The notes under the pieces were generated by a model. The model was not told where the DNA came from, searched no databases, and saw only the letters and a program-made list of their open reading frames with translations. Shown one piece after another: positions 52,739-62,085 of a stretch of 64,000 nt of DNA (position 1 is the first letter of the stretch; every line of letters starts with the position of its first letter). The translations under genes and the position numbers were made by a program. Origin of the DNA: an uncultured Aliarcobacter sp. (GTDB lineage Bacteria; Campylobacterota; Campylobacteria; Campylobacterales; Arcobacteraceae); the NCBI GenBank assembly GCA_963664305.2, contig CAXXLV010000002.1, positions 768,001 through 832,000 on the forward strand, in the 5' to 3' direction.

Positions 52739-52821
52739 GTAGTGTACAAGACAATAATTCACAAGAAGTTTTAAATCAAACATATAGTTCAAAAGATTTT
52801 GTAAAAGATGCAATAGAATTA
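52735..52821 (+). pseudogene. truncated N-terminus of the next cassette ORF
   Basis: AAGGAG RBS, ATGA overlap; MSSVQDNNSQEVLNQTYSSKDFVKDAIEL, interrupted by the IS end at 52822. Confidence 0.55.
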
Positions 52822-53068
52822 TGGAATGACCCGGAGAAGGTAGACAGATTTTTATTAAGTTAATACCTTAGACTTATTAACACTTTCACTGTACTTTTCT
52901 CAAATTCATTTGGACTTGTTAAACGAAGTCTTACTTTTGGAGCAGTTTTTACTAACGGAAAGTTTGTTTCAAATAAAGTTGAATTGGTGAACATATTCCC
53001 ATAAGGTACAGGTTGTTGAACTTATATTTTTAAAGCTCATATGTGTCTTATTTTATGTTGACAAATCA
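52822..53068 (+). mobile_element. IS-end remnant (52822-52931) abutting miniature element copy D (to 53068)
   Basis: TGGAATGACCCGGAGAAGGTAGACAG..., then sequence homologous to copy C ending GTGTCTTATTTTATGTTGACAAATCA. Confidence 0.7.
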
Positions 53069-53098
53069 ACTATCTTAAATAAACTGAAATTATTTTCA

Positions 53099-56000
53099 TT
53101 AATCATGAATTATTTTATAATAATTTCTATATTCAGTTTTTTCACGTTCACCACTATAACTTAATTTTTTTACGCCATTTGGAAAATATCTTTTTTCAGT
53201 CCATACTAACCAAATTAATCGTTTGTTTTTTTCTTCAAGGTACTTTTCTAAATAATCTTTTCTGATATAAGTAAATGTAGATTTGTTATCAAAATCTTCT
53301 CCAAATTTAAAAGATGTTGATATTATTCCTCCATTTTGATTATATAAATTTGAACTTTGAGGTTTTAAATATATTCCAAGATTATTAGAAATATTTTTTG
53401 AAGGAACAATTGTCTCTCCTCTTGAAATAATTTCACTATGATAACTTTCCCAAGAATTTTTAAAAATTGTTGTTTCTAAATTTATTTCAATACTATCATT
53501 TTCTCGTTCAAAATATGTAATATCAATATATTTAGTTCTAAAACCCATTGATTCTGCAATTTTTTTTGTTCGTTCCTCATCATTATTATGTAGAAGAGAA
53601 ATATTTAATTTAAAATCATCGTTATTGATTTTATCCCAAACATCTTCTAAATATTCTTTTTCTTTTTTTTCTAATTCAACAAACTCAACTTCCGATAATT
53701 CTATGCCATTATTGAAAATTTTCAATTCTTTTTTTATTCTTTCCACATCATGATGATTATAAGAAATTTGAAAATTTTTTGAATAATTATAAGGTATTAA
53801 ATCACACCAAGGGATTTCACCGTCATATATATAATGTTCTTCTAAATTTTCTAAATAATCAAAACTATAATCATTATATGTAGCTGTTAAGTTTTTGATT
53901 TTTTTATATTCTTCTTCGTCCAGCAAAACTGCATTTATAGAAATATGAACATCTCTAGTTTGGTCTTCTTTATCCTTTTGAGATATAGAACCCTTTAAAA
54001 GAAGCCAATCATTTTTTTCGTTAGTTCCTAAATGACTATTTAATTTAATATAATCACTAATATCTAAGTCCTTATCATTTGAATACCATGTTACAGCTTC
54101 TTTTTCTAAATCTCCTAAAAAGTTATTCTTATTTATTTCTTCAAATAAATTATATTTTCTTAATTCAATAGGAAAACTCGGGTCAATATCTGTATCTGAG
54201 ATTCTTAATTCATCTTCATTTTCCCACTTTTTTAGTAAACCTAAATCACTTCTATATCCTGCCATTTCATAAAATGCAATCCAAGAATATTTTTTGCCAT
54301 ATCTATCTATTTTACCAGCACTTTCATTATTTGAATAACGCCAACTATCATCTCCAATTTGTTTATCAATTTTTCCAAATTTTGTAAATAAATATCCTAA
54401 ATTATACATTTTCCAATAAATTTGAGATAACATGAGTTTATATTCTTTATGTCCACTATCATAATTACTTCTTCCCTCTATCAATCTACCAATAGTATAA
54501 TTTTCAAAATCCATATGAATAGGTGTACCAAATCTATATTTTAATTCTTTGTAGTTTGGTATTATCCCCCATTCTTTGTGATAGTAGTTCTTTAAAGGAT
54601 ATTTAATTAACTCCTTTTCTGAATCAGTTAATAAACTAGAATGATGAATTAGTGCTATATCTATAGTTCTTTTTGCATAATCTCTAGTTAAAATATGTGT
54701 TGTAGGATATTTTGCTTTACTTGAAAACATATTATCAAAAAGAAAATTCCCATATAATGGTAAATATTCTTTTCTATATCTTTCATCATCGAAATCATTT
54801 TGTCTAGCCATTGCTAGCCCATAAGTTACAGCTAACATTCTTTCAACTACATAAGGGTCATTAATATCAATTGAATATTTTAATAAGTCTAAAAATTCTT
54901 TTGGGTATTTTCTTGCATAATAATATAATCCTCTTGTTGCTTCATCTCTAAGTCTTCTTATATTTGTAGTAAAAACCCACATAACTTTTTTAGCACCTAT
55001 GTGAATTCTATTAGATATTTGTTCTTGTTCTCTACATGCCTTTTCAAAATTATTAATAAATCCTGTAAAATATGAATTATCATACCAAGAATGATTTTTT
55101 CTTATATATTCACTCCAAAACAAATCTCTTTCCAACATTGATAAGTTTTTAAGTAAATTAGACCAGAAATTAAAATTTAAAGGATGATTAATATCAAATT
55201 CTACATTTGTAGACAGACTAAATAAATGATTTTTATTAGATAAAAATTCATTTTCTAAAAAGTTTTTTATTAACTTTTCATTTTTTTTAATAAACTTAGA
55301 GTTGATTTCAAAAAGAGACTCAATTGAATATTTTTTTGCTCTTTCATTCTCTAGTGTGTTAAATAAAAAAATATTAGCCTTTTTTATAATTAAAATAGTA
55401 ATCGTCCTAAGAATATCATCGTACAAAGGATGTTCTGTATTTTTTTCTAAAAGTTTTTTTCTAAAATCTTTTGATTTTACAAATTTTAATAAAGGTTCTT
55501 TTTTCCCTATTCTTTTATTTATATTATTTAGCCCATTTTCAATTAGCTCAGTCCCTCTCTCTGGTATGAAGAATTCAAGCCCTGTTTTTATTGAGTTAAT
55601 AAACCAATTATTTGATTTATATTTTAAGTATGGATAATATTCTTCATATGCTTGAATAAGATACTTAGAAATGAGATAACCACCTAATAAATCGTAGGTA
55701 AATTGTATTTCCTCTTTATCGTTCTTTGTATTCCAATCTCTATAGATAAGTAGGTTTTCTCCTTCAAAAACTCTTAACTCATCATCACTAAACAGTTTTT
55801 TAGAACGAGGCATTCCTCTAGTATTATTTTCCCAAAAATATTTAGAAAGTTGCAATAACTTGCTTTGTGTAAAGTCATTATTATACTTTGGGTCAAGTTC
55901 TTTTAATAAAGTTGTTATATTTTCATTACTTAATTGGATATATTCATCAAAAACATCAAATAAATCTTCCTTCTGAAATGATACTTTAACTACTTTATTA

Positions 56001-57739
56001 CGATTAGGATTTTTTGTTTCACAAAAGATTTTTAAGTGTAATGGATGTTTAAAATAACCTATTGCATTTGAACGATTTTCTAATTTTATTTTATAAAATT
56101 TAAAATAAGTTTCTATAGCTTTCCAATTTAACCCCTCAAAACCGTGAATAAACTCTTTTAATCTCCATCTATCATCATAGTTAAAATATTTCTTTGGAAA
56201 TAATTGGTCTTCATAAGAGTTACGATATGTTGTTATTAAAACTATATGGGGATATTGTTTTAATTTTAAAATAAATTTTTCTAAACCATTTTTCCATACA
56301 GAATTCCAATGTGTAGATTCATTTAATCCATCTATAATAATTGGTATTTTTACTTTATATACTCTTGCACTAATTTCTAAAGCACCTAAAAAATCATCAA
56401 ATGTCCAATCAACTGGTATAGAAAAGTTATCTTTTAATTGATTTTCTAAATTTTGGTCTGTATATATTTCCTTAGCTAAAATAAAAATAGCAGGCTCTTT
56501 TTGATTTAGAATTTGATTTTCAAAAATATTAAAAGAGACATGAGTTTTTCCCATACCAGCTTCACCTGAAATATGAAGTTCATTTTGCTCTAATAAATCA
56601 AATACTCTAAAAACTCCTTCTAGTGAAGAAATTGCATATTCACTTAAATCATATAAAGGAGAAAAAAGAATATCCCTAATTTTTTTTCTTTTTCTATTTT
56701 CAGTTTCAATTTTATCTTTTTCTTTTTTTTCTAAATCTGCACTATTTTCTTTTTCTACCCTAAGATGTTTAATAGGTTCACATAAGTCTGATTCTGATAA
56801 ATCATCATATTTTTTATAAAATTCTTTTAAAGAATTTATATATTTGTCAAGTTCTTTTATTTTAAGTTTTAGTTTTTGTTCATCTTTTATTAAAATGATT
56901 TGTTTTATTTCTTCTATCTTATTGATTGCAATATCAATAATATTCTCTTTTTCTTCTAAAAACTTCCTAAAATATGTTTGTATATCTTTATATTCATCTT
57001 TTACATCTTCAGAAAACAGTTTTATTAAAGATTGTTTATATTCCTCGGCATAAATTAATACTTGATGTTGTTCCATTTCTTTTTCAATAACTTCTATAAA
57101 TTTATTTCCACCTAGTATTTTGTAAATTGTCATATCAATATTTGTTTGAATATGAATTTCAGATATATATTTAGTTTTTATTTGTGTTTTAGCAATATCT
57201 ATTTTATACCTATTTTCAAACCATTCCTGTGTAAGGAATTTTTCTGAAAAGAAAAATCTATGGATTGATGGATAATCTTTCAAATAATTAAGTAATTCAC
57301 TTTCTCCCCAATGTATAAGCTCTACATTATGATTAGTTGGTAAAACGGTTCTTCCATTTTTAGTTGAGTTTGCTAAATCATCGTCAAACCAGTTTTTTTC
57401 ATCAGGTGTAAAGTTACATTTACTACAAAGAAACCATTTTTTTATGTTAGGATGTTTATCATATGTAGTTTGTAGAGATTTTTTAATTTGCTCTTTTCTT
57501 CCTCCCTCATTTAAACGACAAAAATATTTAGCTTGCCAACCATAAACATCACCATTTTCATAAGTTAGATAAAATTCAACTCCATCTCCACCACCACTAT
57601 CATCAATAGAAGTTAAAATTGCACCATTTAAAATATCATCTTTAAGTTTTTCTGATACTATTTGATAGCATAATTCCTCAAAACTTTTTTTAGTATCACC
57701 TGAATATGGTTGTAACTTATCCCAATTTATATTTTGCAT
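53099..57739 (-). CDS. Avs/AVAST-type antiviral STAND NTPase with N-terminal Mrr-like nuclease
   Basis: FEELC...GGGDGVEFY...GWQAKYF; GEAGMGKT; IIDGLNE; DPYVVERM; RYGKKYSWIA. Confidence 0.82.
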   Translation of the reverse strand: MQNINWDKLQPYSGDTKKSFEELCYQIVSEKLKDDILNGAILTSIDDSGGGDGVEFYLTYENGDVYGWQAKYFCRLNEGGRKEQIKKSLQTTYDKHPNIKKWFLCSKCNFTPDEKNWFDDDLANSTKNGRTVLPTNHNVELIHWGESELLNYLKDYPSIHRFFFSEKFLTQEWFENRYKIDIAKTQIKTKYISEIHIQTNIDMTIYKILGGNKFIEVIEKEMEQHQVLIYAEEYKQSLIKLFSEDVKDEYKDIQTYFRKFLEEKENIIDIAINKIEEIKQIILIKDEQKLKLKIKELDKYINSLKEFYKKYDDLSESDLCEPIKHLRVEKENSADLEKKEKDKIETENRKRKKIRDILFSPLYDLSEYAISSLEGVFRVFDLLEQNELHISGEAGMGKTHVSFNIFENQILNQKEPAIFILAKEIYTDQNLENQLKDNFSIPVDWTFDDFLGALEISARVYKVKIPIIIDGLNESTHWNSVWKNGLEKFILKLKQYPHIVLITTYRNSYEDQLFPKKYFNYDDRWRLKEFIHGFEGLNWKAIETYFKFYKIKLENRSNAIGYFKHPLHLKIFCETKNPNRNKVVKVSFQKEDLFDVFDEYIQLSNENITTLLKELDPKYNNDFTQSKLLQLSKYFWENNTRGMPRSKKLFSDDELRVFEGENLLIYRDWNTKNDKEEIQFTYDLLGGYLISKYLIQAYEEYYPYLKYKSNNWFINSIKTGLEFFIPERGTELIENGLNNINKRIGKKEPLLKFVKSKDFRKKLLEKNTEHPLYDDILRTITILIIKKANIFLFNTLENERAKKYSIESLFEINSKFIKKNEKLIKNFLENEFLSNKNHLFSLSTNVEFDINHPLNFNFWSNLLKNLSMLERDLFWSEYIRKNHSWYDNSYFTGFINNFEKACREQEQISNRIHIGAKKVMWVFTTNIRRLRDEATRGLYYYARKYPKEFLDLLKYSIDINDPYVVERMLAVTYGLAMARQNDFDDERYRKEYLPLYGNFLFDNMFSSKAKYPTTHILTRDYAKRTIDIALIHHSSLLTDSEKELIKYPLKNYYHKEWGIIPNYKELKYRFGTPIHMDFENYTIGRLIEGRSNYDSGHKEYKLMLSQIYWKMYNLGYLFTKFGKIDKQIGDDSWRYSNNESAGKIDRYGKKYSWIAFYEMAGYRSDLGLLKKWENEDELRISDTDIDPSFPIELRKYNLFEEINKNNFLGDLEKEAVTWYSNDKDLDISDYIKLNSHLGTNEKNDWLLLKGSISQKDKEDQTRDVHISINAVLLDEEEYKKIKNLTATYNDYSFDYLENLEEHYIYDGEIPWCDLIPYNYSKNFQISYNHHDVERIKKELKIFNNGIELSEVEFVELEKKEKEYLEDVWDKINNDDFKLNISLLHNNDEERTKKIAESMGFRTKYIDITYFERENDSIEINLETTIFKNSWESYHSEIISRGETIVPSKNISNNLGIYLKPQSSNLYNQNGGIISTSFKFGEDFDNKSTFTYIRKDYLEKYLEEKNKRLIWLVWTEKRYFPNGVKKLSYSGEREKTEYRNYYKIIHD

Positions 57740-58354
57740 TAAAAATCTTTTTATTGTAATTTTATTTATTATACAAAAATAATGATTTAATAAAAAAATA
57801 CTTAAAGTTCTATCTAACTTTTGAAACTAAAACAGTTTACTATAAATTTTTAAAGCATATAATTTTATGTGCTTTATTATATCTAAGTAATCAAATTCAT
57901 TATAATATCTTTATCAGTTGGCTAAATATAAGAAAAGACAACAGTTTAACTATATCCTTGTCCACAACCTCTAGGTTTTAGAACACGAAACATTCAAATT
58001 GGTTTTACGTGTTCCATAAAGTGCTCAAAAAGTATAAACTGTAAAGTTCCACAAACCTTAAGGGATTATTGAACGAAAAAAGTGAATTTTTAAATTATAA
58101 ATTTAAAGCTTCATTTAATTTTCCTAAAAAAATGTTAAACTCCAATTCTAAATAGTCATTGAGTACTTTTAACTTGTGTTTTCGATATATATGTAGAGAG
58201 ATTTTACTGAATTTTAAACTCTTATTTTCTGTAAATTTATTACCAAATTTTACACTTCGTTTGACAAAAATGAAGACAAAAAGTAAAAATTAATAAAAAG
58301 AGTCATTTATGAGACATTTATTTTGTAAAATAAAAATAAATAAGGAAAATTAAA

Positions 58355-58762
58355 TTGACAAGAATAAATCCATCAAATTACGGAAATACTCCATTTGAAA
58401 AGTTAATTGGACATAATAAAAATATCTTAGATAAATGGAATGAATTAGAAGTCACATTATTTCAAAATAGCTCTTTAGATAATAATTTGTTAGAACAAGT
58501 TAGAAGAGCTTTAGCTTTTAAGAATGAATGTGAATATTGTATGACAAAAGCAGGTAATGTAGATAAATATATTGATGAAAAAACAAAAATTGCTGTTGCA
58601 TTTGCACAATTTTTTGCAATGGATTATAAAAGTATTAATGATGAACATTTTGATTTATTGAAAAAAGAATTTAGTGAAAATGAGATTTCTGAACTTTGTT
58701 CATTTATAGCATTTATAACTTCTTGCCAAAAACTTGGAAAAATCTATAATTTAAGTATATAA
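58355..58762 (+). CDS. AhpD/carboxymuconolactone decarboxylase-like protein
   Basis: LEQVRRALAFKNECEYC (CxxC) and FSENEISEL. Confidence 0.75.
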   Translation: MTRINPSNYGNTPFEKLIGHNKNILDKWNELEVTLFQNSSLDNNLLEQVRRALAFKNECEYCMTKAGNVDKYIDEKTKIAVAFAQFFAMDYKSINDEHFDLLKKEFSENEISELCSFIAFITSCQKLGKIYNLSI

Positions 58763-59200
58763 TTAAAAAAGCTCAGGGGACAACTATAATATCAATTCTC
58801 TTTTTCTTTCAACTTATCAGGGTATTTTTAGATAATATTGTTCTCTTTTTTTAATACTTAAAATCTATTTCTTAAGTTTTTGTCTTTTCTTCCATTCCTC
58901 TCCAGGAATATTATATTTCTTAGTCTCATCAAGTTGATCCGGCTACACTCGTATAATAACATCAGAGATATATTGTAATATATTTCAAAGAGTTTGTTGT
59001 TGATATATCGGTGCTACACAAAGCAGTAAATCTACTAGCTTGTTATTTAGTCAGATAGTTATACTTCAAATTTGAGTGGCGACAAGATAAGTTTAAAACT
59101 ATTTCGAATTCACGAGTAAAAGTTATGTATAACCATTCAGCTAGGAGTAAATACTCCTAACCTAACGAACTCTTCATGCTTTAATACGGAGGTTCTTTAA

Positions 59201-60141
59201 ATGTATTCTATCGGATTAGATGTAAGCAAGTCAACAATTAATTGTTATATTCCCAATGGAGAAATTAATTTAGTAATAGATAATAATGAAAAATCATTAA
59301 ATCAATTTTATTTAAAACTTAAAAAGATTTATAAAAAAGATATTAATAAAATAGTTTTTATTTTTGAACCTACAGGAAGCTATTCTAGTTTATTAAAAAG
59401 TTTTTGTACCAAAAAAAGTATCAAAGCTTTTATCGTAAATCCAAAACAAAGTCATAACTTTGCAAAAGCTATAGCTCAAAGAAATAAATCAGATAAAATT
59501 GATGCACAAGTTTTATCAAAGATGATTTCTATTGCAACAAATAGTGATATTAAAGTTCCTGTATATGATGAAAATATAGAAAATATAAAAGATTATATGA
59601 GTTATTATAAGTTTGTTGTAAAGGAACTTGTACAAGCAAAAAATGTTCTTGAAGCAATGAGTAATAGCCAAACAAATAAGTATATTTTAAATTCACTAGA
59701 AAAGAAAATTGATGCTTTGCAAAAAGAGTCTTTGAAAATAATTGAAAAAATAAAAGAAATCATTTCACAAGATCCTTTTTTATTACAATCTTTTAATAAT
59801 ATTAAAACTATTAAAGGTGTTGGAGATATAACTGCTATTGTACTTTTACATCTATTTTTAAAGCAAATAATATCTTTAACAGGATTAGAACCAATAGCAA
59901 AATCTTCGGATAGTTCTATTAAATCAAAACCTAAAATATCAAAAGCTGGTTTAAATTATATAGAGGAACCATATTTATGAGTGCATTAAGTATAATAAGA
60001 TTTAATCCTAAGATTAAAGAATTTTATAATCGTTTAAAAGAGAATGGTAAACAATCAACCTTGGCTCAAGTTGTAGTTATGAGAAAATTAATTATTATTG
60101 CCCATTCCTTGTATAAAAATAATCAGGAATATATTAATTAA
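59201..60141 (+). pseudogene. IS110-family transposase, frameshifted
   Basis: IGLDVSK, FEPTGSY and KSDKIDA; frame breaks after ISKAG, and the tail FMSALSIIRFNP...MRKLIIIAHSL continues in another frame to 60141. Confidence 0.88.
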
Positions 60142-60311
60142 AATCATCAATAAAAGATTTTAATTTTTAAGGTGGCGACTAAATAGATCTTAGAAACAAA
60201 ACAACCTCTTGACTCAATATTAAAACTAACACCTTTTAGACCATAATACTAGATAATATTTTTACTAATTTTCTAAATCTTAATGTCATATATTAACTCC
60301 AATTATTTTAA

Positions 60312-60392
60312 TTAAAAAATCAAATATAATAAAATAAATGCTAAAAGTATTAAAAAAAGCCAATCAATTATTTCAAATTTAGTTTGATTCAT
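60312..60392 (-). CDS. 26-aa hydrophobic peptide, copy 2
   Basis: MNQTKFEIIDWLFLILLAFILLYLIF*. Confidence 0.55.
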   Translation of the reverse strand: MNQTKFEIIDWLFLILLAFILLYLIF

Positions 60393-60578
60393 AATTAACC
60401 TTATCAAATTTTTTTATAAGATTAAATATTATCAGATAAAATACTCACTATTTACTTTTTTTATTAATTAAAAAATAAATATAATTTTCTACAACTTACA
60501 AAACTGCAAAACTTATCAAAGATTGATATCGAAGAGCTTTCTTAATTATTTTGAAGAAAATTTAATAATCTCTTTAAA

Positions 60579-61871
60579 TTAATCTAAAATATTTAAAACT
60601 TCAAGAAGCTCTTTTTCTGTTTTAGTTGGAAATAAAATCTTTAATTGATTTAATTTTTCACTATCAATAGGCTTAGTTATTTGTTCATCAAAAATTTCAT
60701 CAAGCATAGCATCAATTACTTTACCAAAAGAATAATAATTAATTTTTCCATACCTAGTAGTAATAGTTTTATTTTGCTTATGTCCTAAAATTGCGCCAGT
60801 AATATCATCTCCTATTCCCATCCCATTTTTTAAATATGTTGCTATGCAATTTCTTATCTGATGTATTACTATTGATTTATAATTCCAATGATTTCTAATT
60901 GTTCCAATACTATAAGGTTCATTTTTATTATTAATTTTTGTAAAAATATATCCATTATCTTTAATTCCTATTGATTCTAAAACTTCTTTTAATCTATTAG
61001 ATAAATAATAAATCATATCAATTCTTGCTTTATTATTTATGGCTCTTACAGTATAAGTGTTTTCCTCAAAATTTATATCATTCCACTCTAAAGTTACAAT
61101 TTCACCGAATCTTCTACCATGCATCAAAAACATAAAAATTTCTCTAACAGGAGATAATGGATAATTTTTTAATTCTTTGAAAAGTTCTTTTATTTCATTT
61201 AAAGATAATGCTAAACCTCTTTCATTATTTAACGGTGGTAAATCTTTTTGAAGTGCAGGAGATGGAATATTAATTCCAAATTTTGCAGCTTTCATGTTAA
61301 AATATTTAAAAACTGGATTAACTGATTGATAAACACTTCGAGAAGTTCTCTCGGATAATCCTTCTTTTTTAATATTTAATACGATTTTATGTATGTCTTC
61401 TTCATCTATCATAGCAATAGGTTTATTCATTATTGATTTCAACCATTTATTGTGAAATTGTTCCAATCTTTTTTTGGGAAATTCTTTTTTATCATCTCTA
61501 GCTTGATATTGAGATACTTTATATTCTAAATAAAGCTCGAAAACTTTTGCATAAATCATATCTAATGTAAATTCTTGTTTTGAATATCTATTAATACTTA
61601 ATTCATTCATTAACATCTCATATTCTTTTGAAGCTTTCTTAATCGCATCTAATAATGTAATATCAGGATCAAAAATCATAGTCTTTTTACTTTGTATTCT
61701 TTTACCATTTATCATTTTTGATGCTCTTACTTGTATCTTGTAAGGCTTTGAAAATGTTATATTTGAATTTATTATAGTATTATCTTTAATTTTACTAGAT
61801 GGAATTTGTCCATCATCTTTATATGTTAAACCACTTGTATTAACTTTTTTTAAATCAAATTTTAAAAACAT
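60579..61871 (-). CDS. island tyrosine integrase
   Basis: HGRRFGE, HQIRN and LGHKQNKTITTRY; AGGAG RBS supports ATG at 61871; adjacent to the right att site. Confidence 0.92.
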   Translation of the reverse strand: MFLKFDLKKVNTSGLTYKDDGQIPSSKIKDNTIINSNITFSKPYKIQVRASKMINGKRIQSKKTMIFDPDITLLDAIKKASKEYEMLMNELSINRYSKQEFTLDMIYAKVFELYLEYKVSQYQARDDKKEFPKKRLEQFHNKWLKSIMNKPIAMIDEEDIHKIVLNIKKEGLSERTSRSVYQSVNPVFKYFNMKAAKFGINIPSPALQKDLPPLNNERGLALSLNEIKELFKELKNYPLSPVREIFMFLMHGRRFGEIVTLEWNDINFEENTYTVRAINNKARIDMIYYLSNRLKEVLESIGIKDNGYIFTKINNKNEPYSIGTIRNHWNYKSIVIHQIRNCIATYLKNGMGIGDDITGAILGHKQNKTITTRYGKINYYSFGKVIDAMLDEIFDEQITKPIDSEKLNQLKILFPTKTEKELLEVLNILD

Positions 61872-62023
61872 TATAAATACTCCTAAGAACACAAAATAGT
61901 ACACAAATAACTGTGTATTTATATATTCTATTGTATCTATTTATAGTTTACAAATCTTATAAGAACATCTATTTATTGGTATTTTTATAATATTTATATT
62001 CAGTTATATCTTTTTATAAATGT

Positions 62024-62076
62024 GATTCAAAATCCCTCGCTTCGGCGTGTCGGTTCGACTCCGACTAGCGGTACCA
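62024..62076 (+). pseudogene. 3' half of host tRNA-Leu(CAA), right attachment site
   Basis: GATTCAAAA-TCCCT-CGCTTCGGCG-T-GTCGG-TTCGACT-CCGAC-TAGCGGT-ACCA; no tRNA 5' half upstream. Confidence 0.93.
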
Positions 62077-62085
62077 TTTTAGTTA

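Larger units (their letters stand above)
7476..62034. mobile_element. ~54.5 kb integrative genomic island in tRNA-Leu(CAA)
   Basis: GATTCAAAATC direct repeat at 7476-7486 and 62024-62034; integrase at the right end, Xis-like gene at the left end; accessory cargo throughout. Confidence 0.93.

Noticed and set aside
41324..53068. Integron-like cassette array
   Set aside because: The repeats have IS-type TG...CA ends and truncate ORFs; no attC-like structure or IntI-type integrase was recognised.
61872..61904. Upstream GTG start for the integrase
   Set aside because: An AGGAG RBS precedes ATG 61871, and the extension overlaps the putative arm sites.
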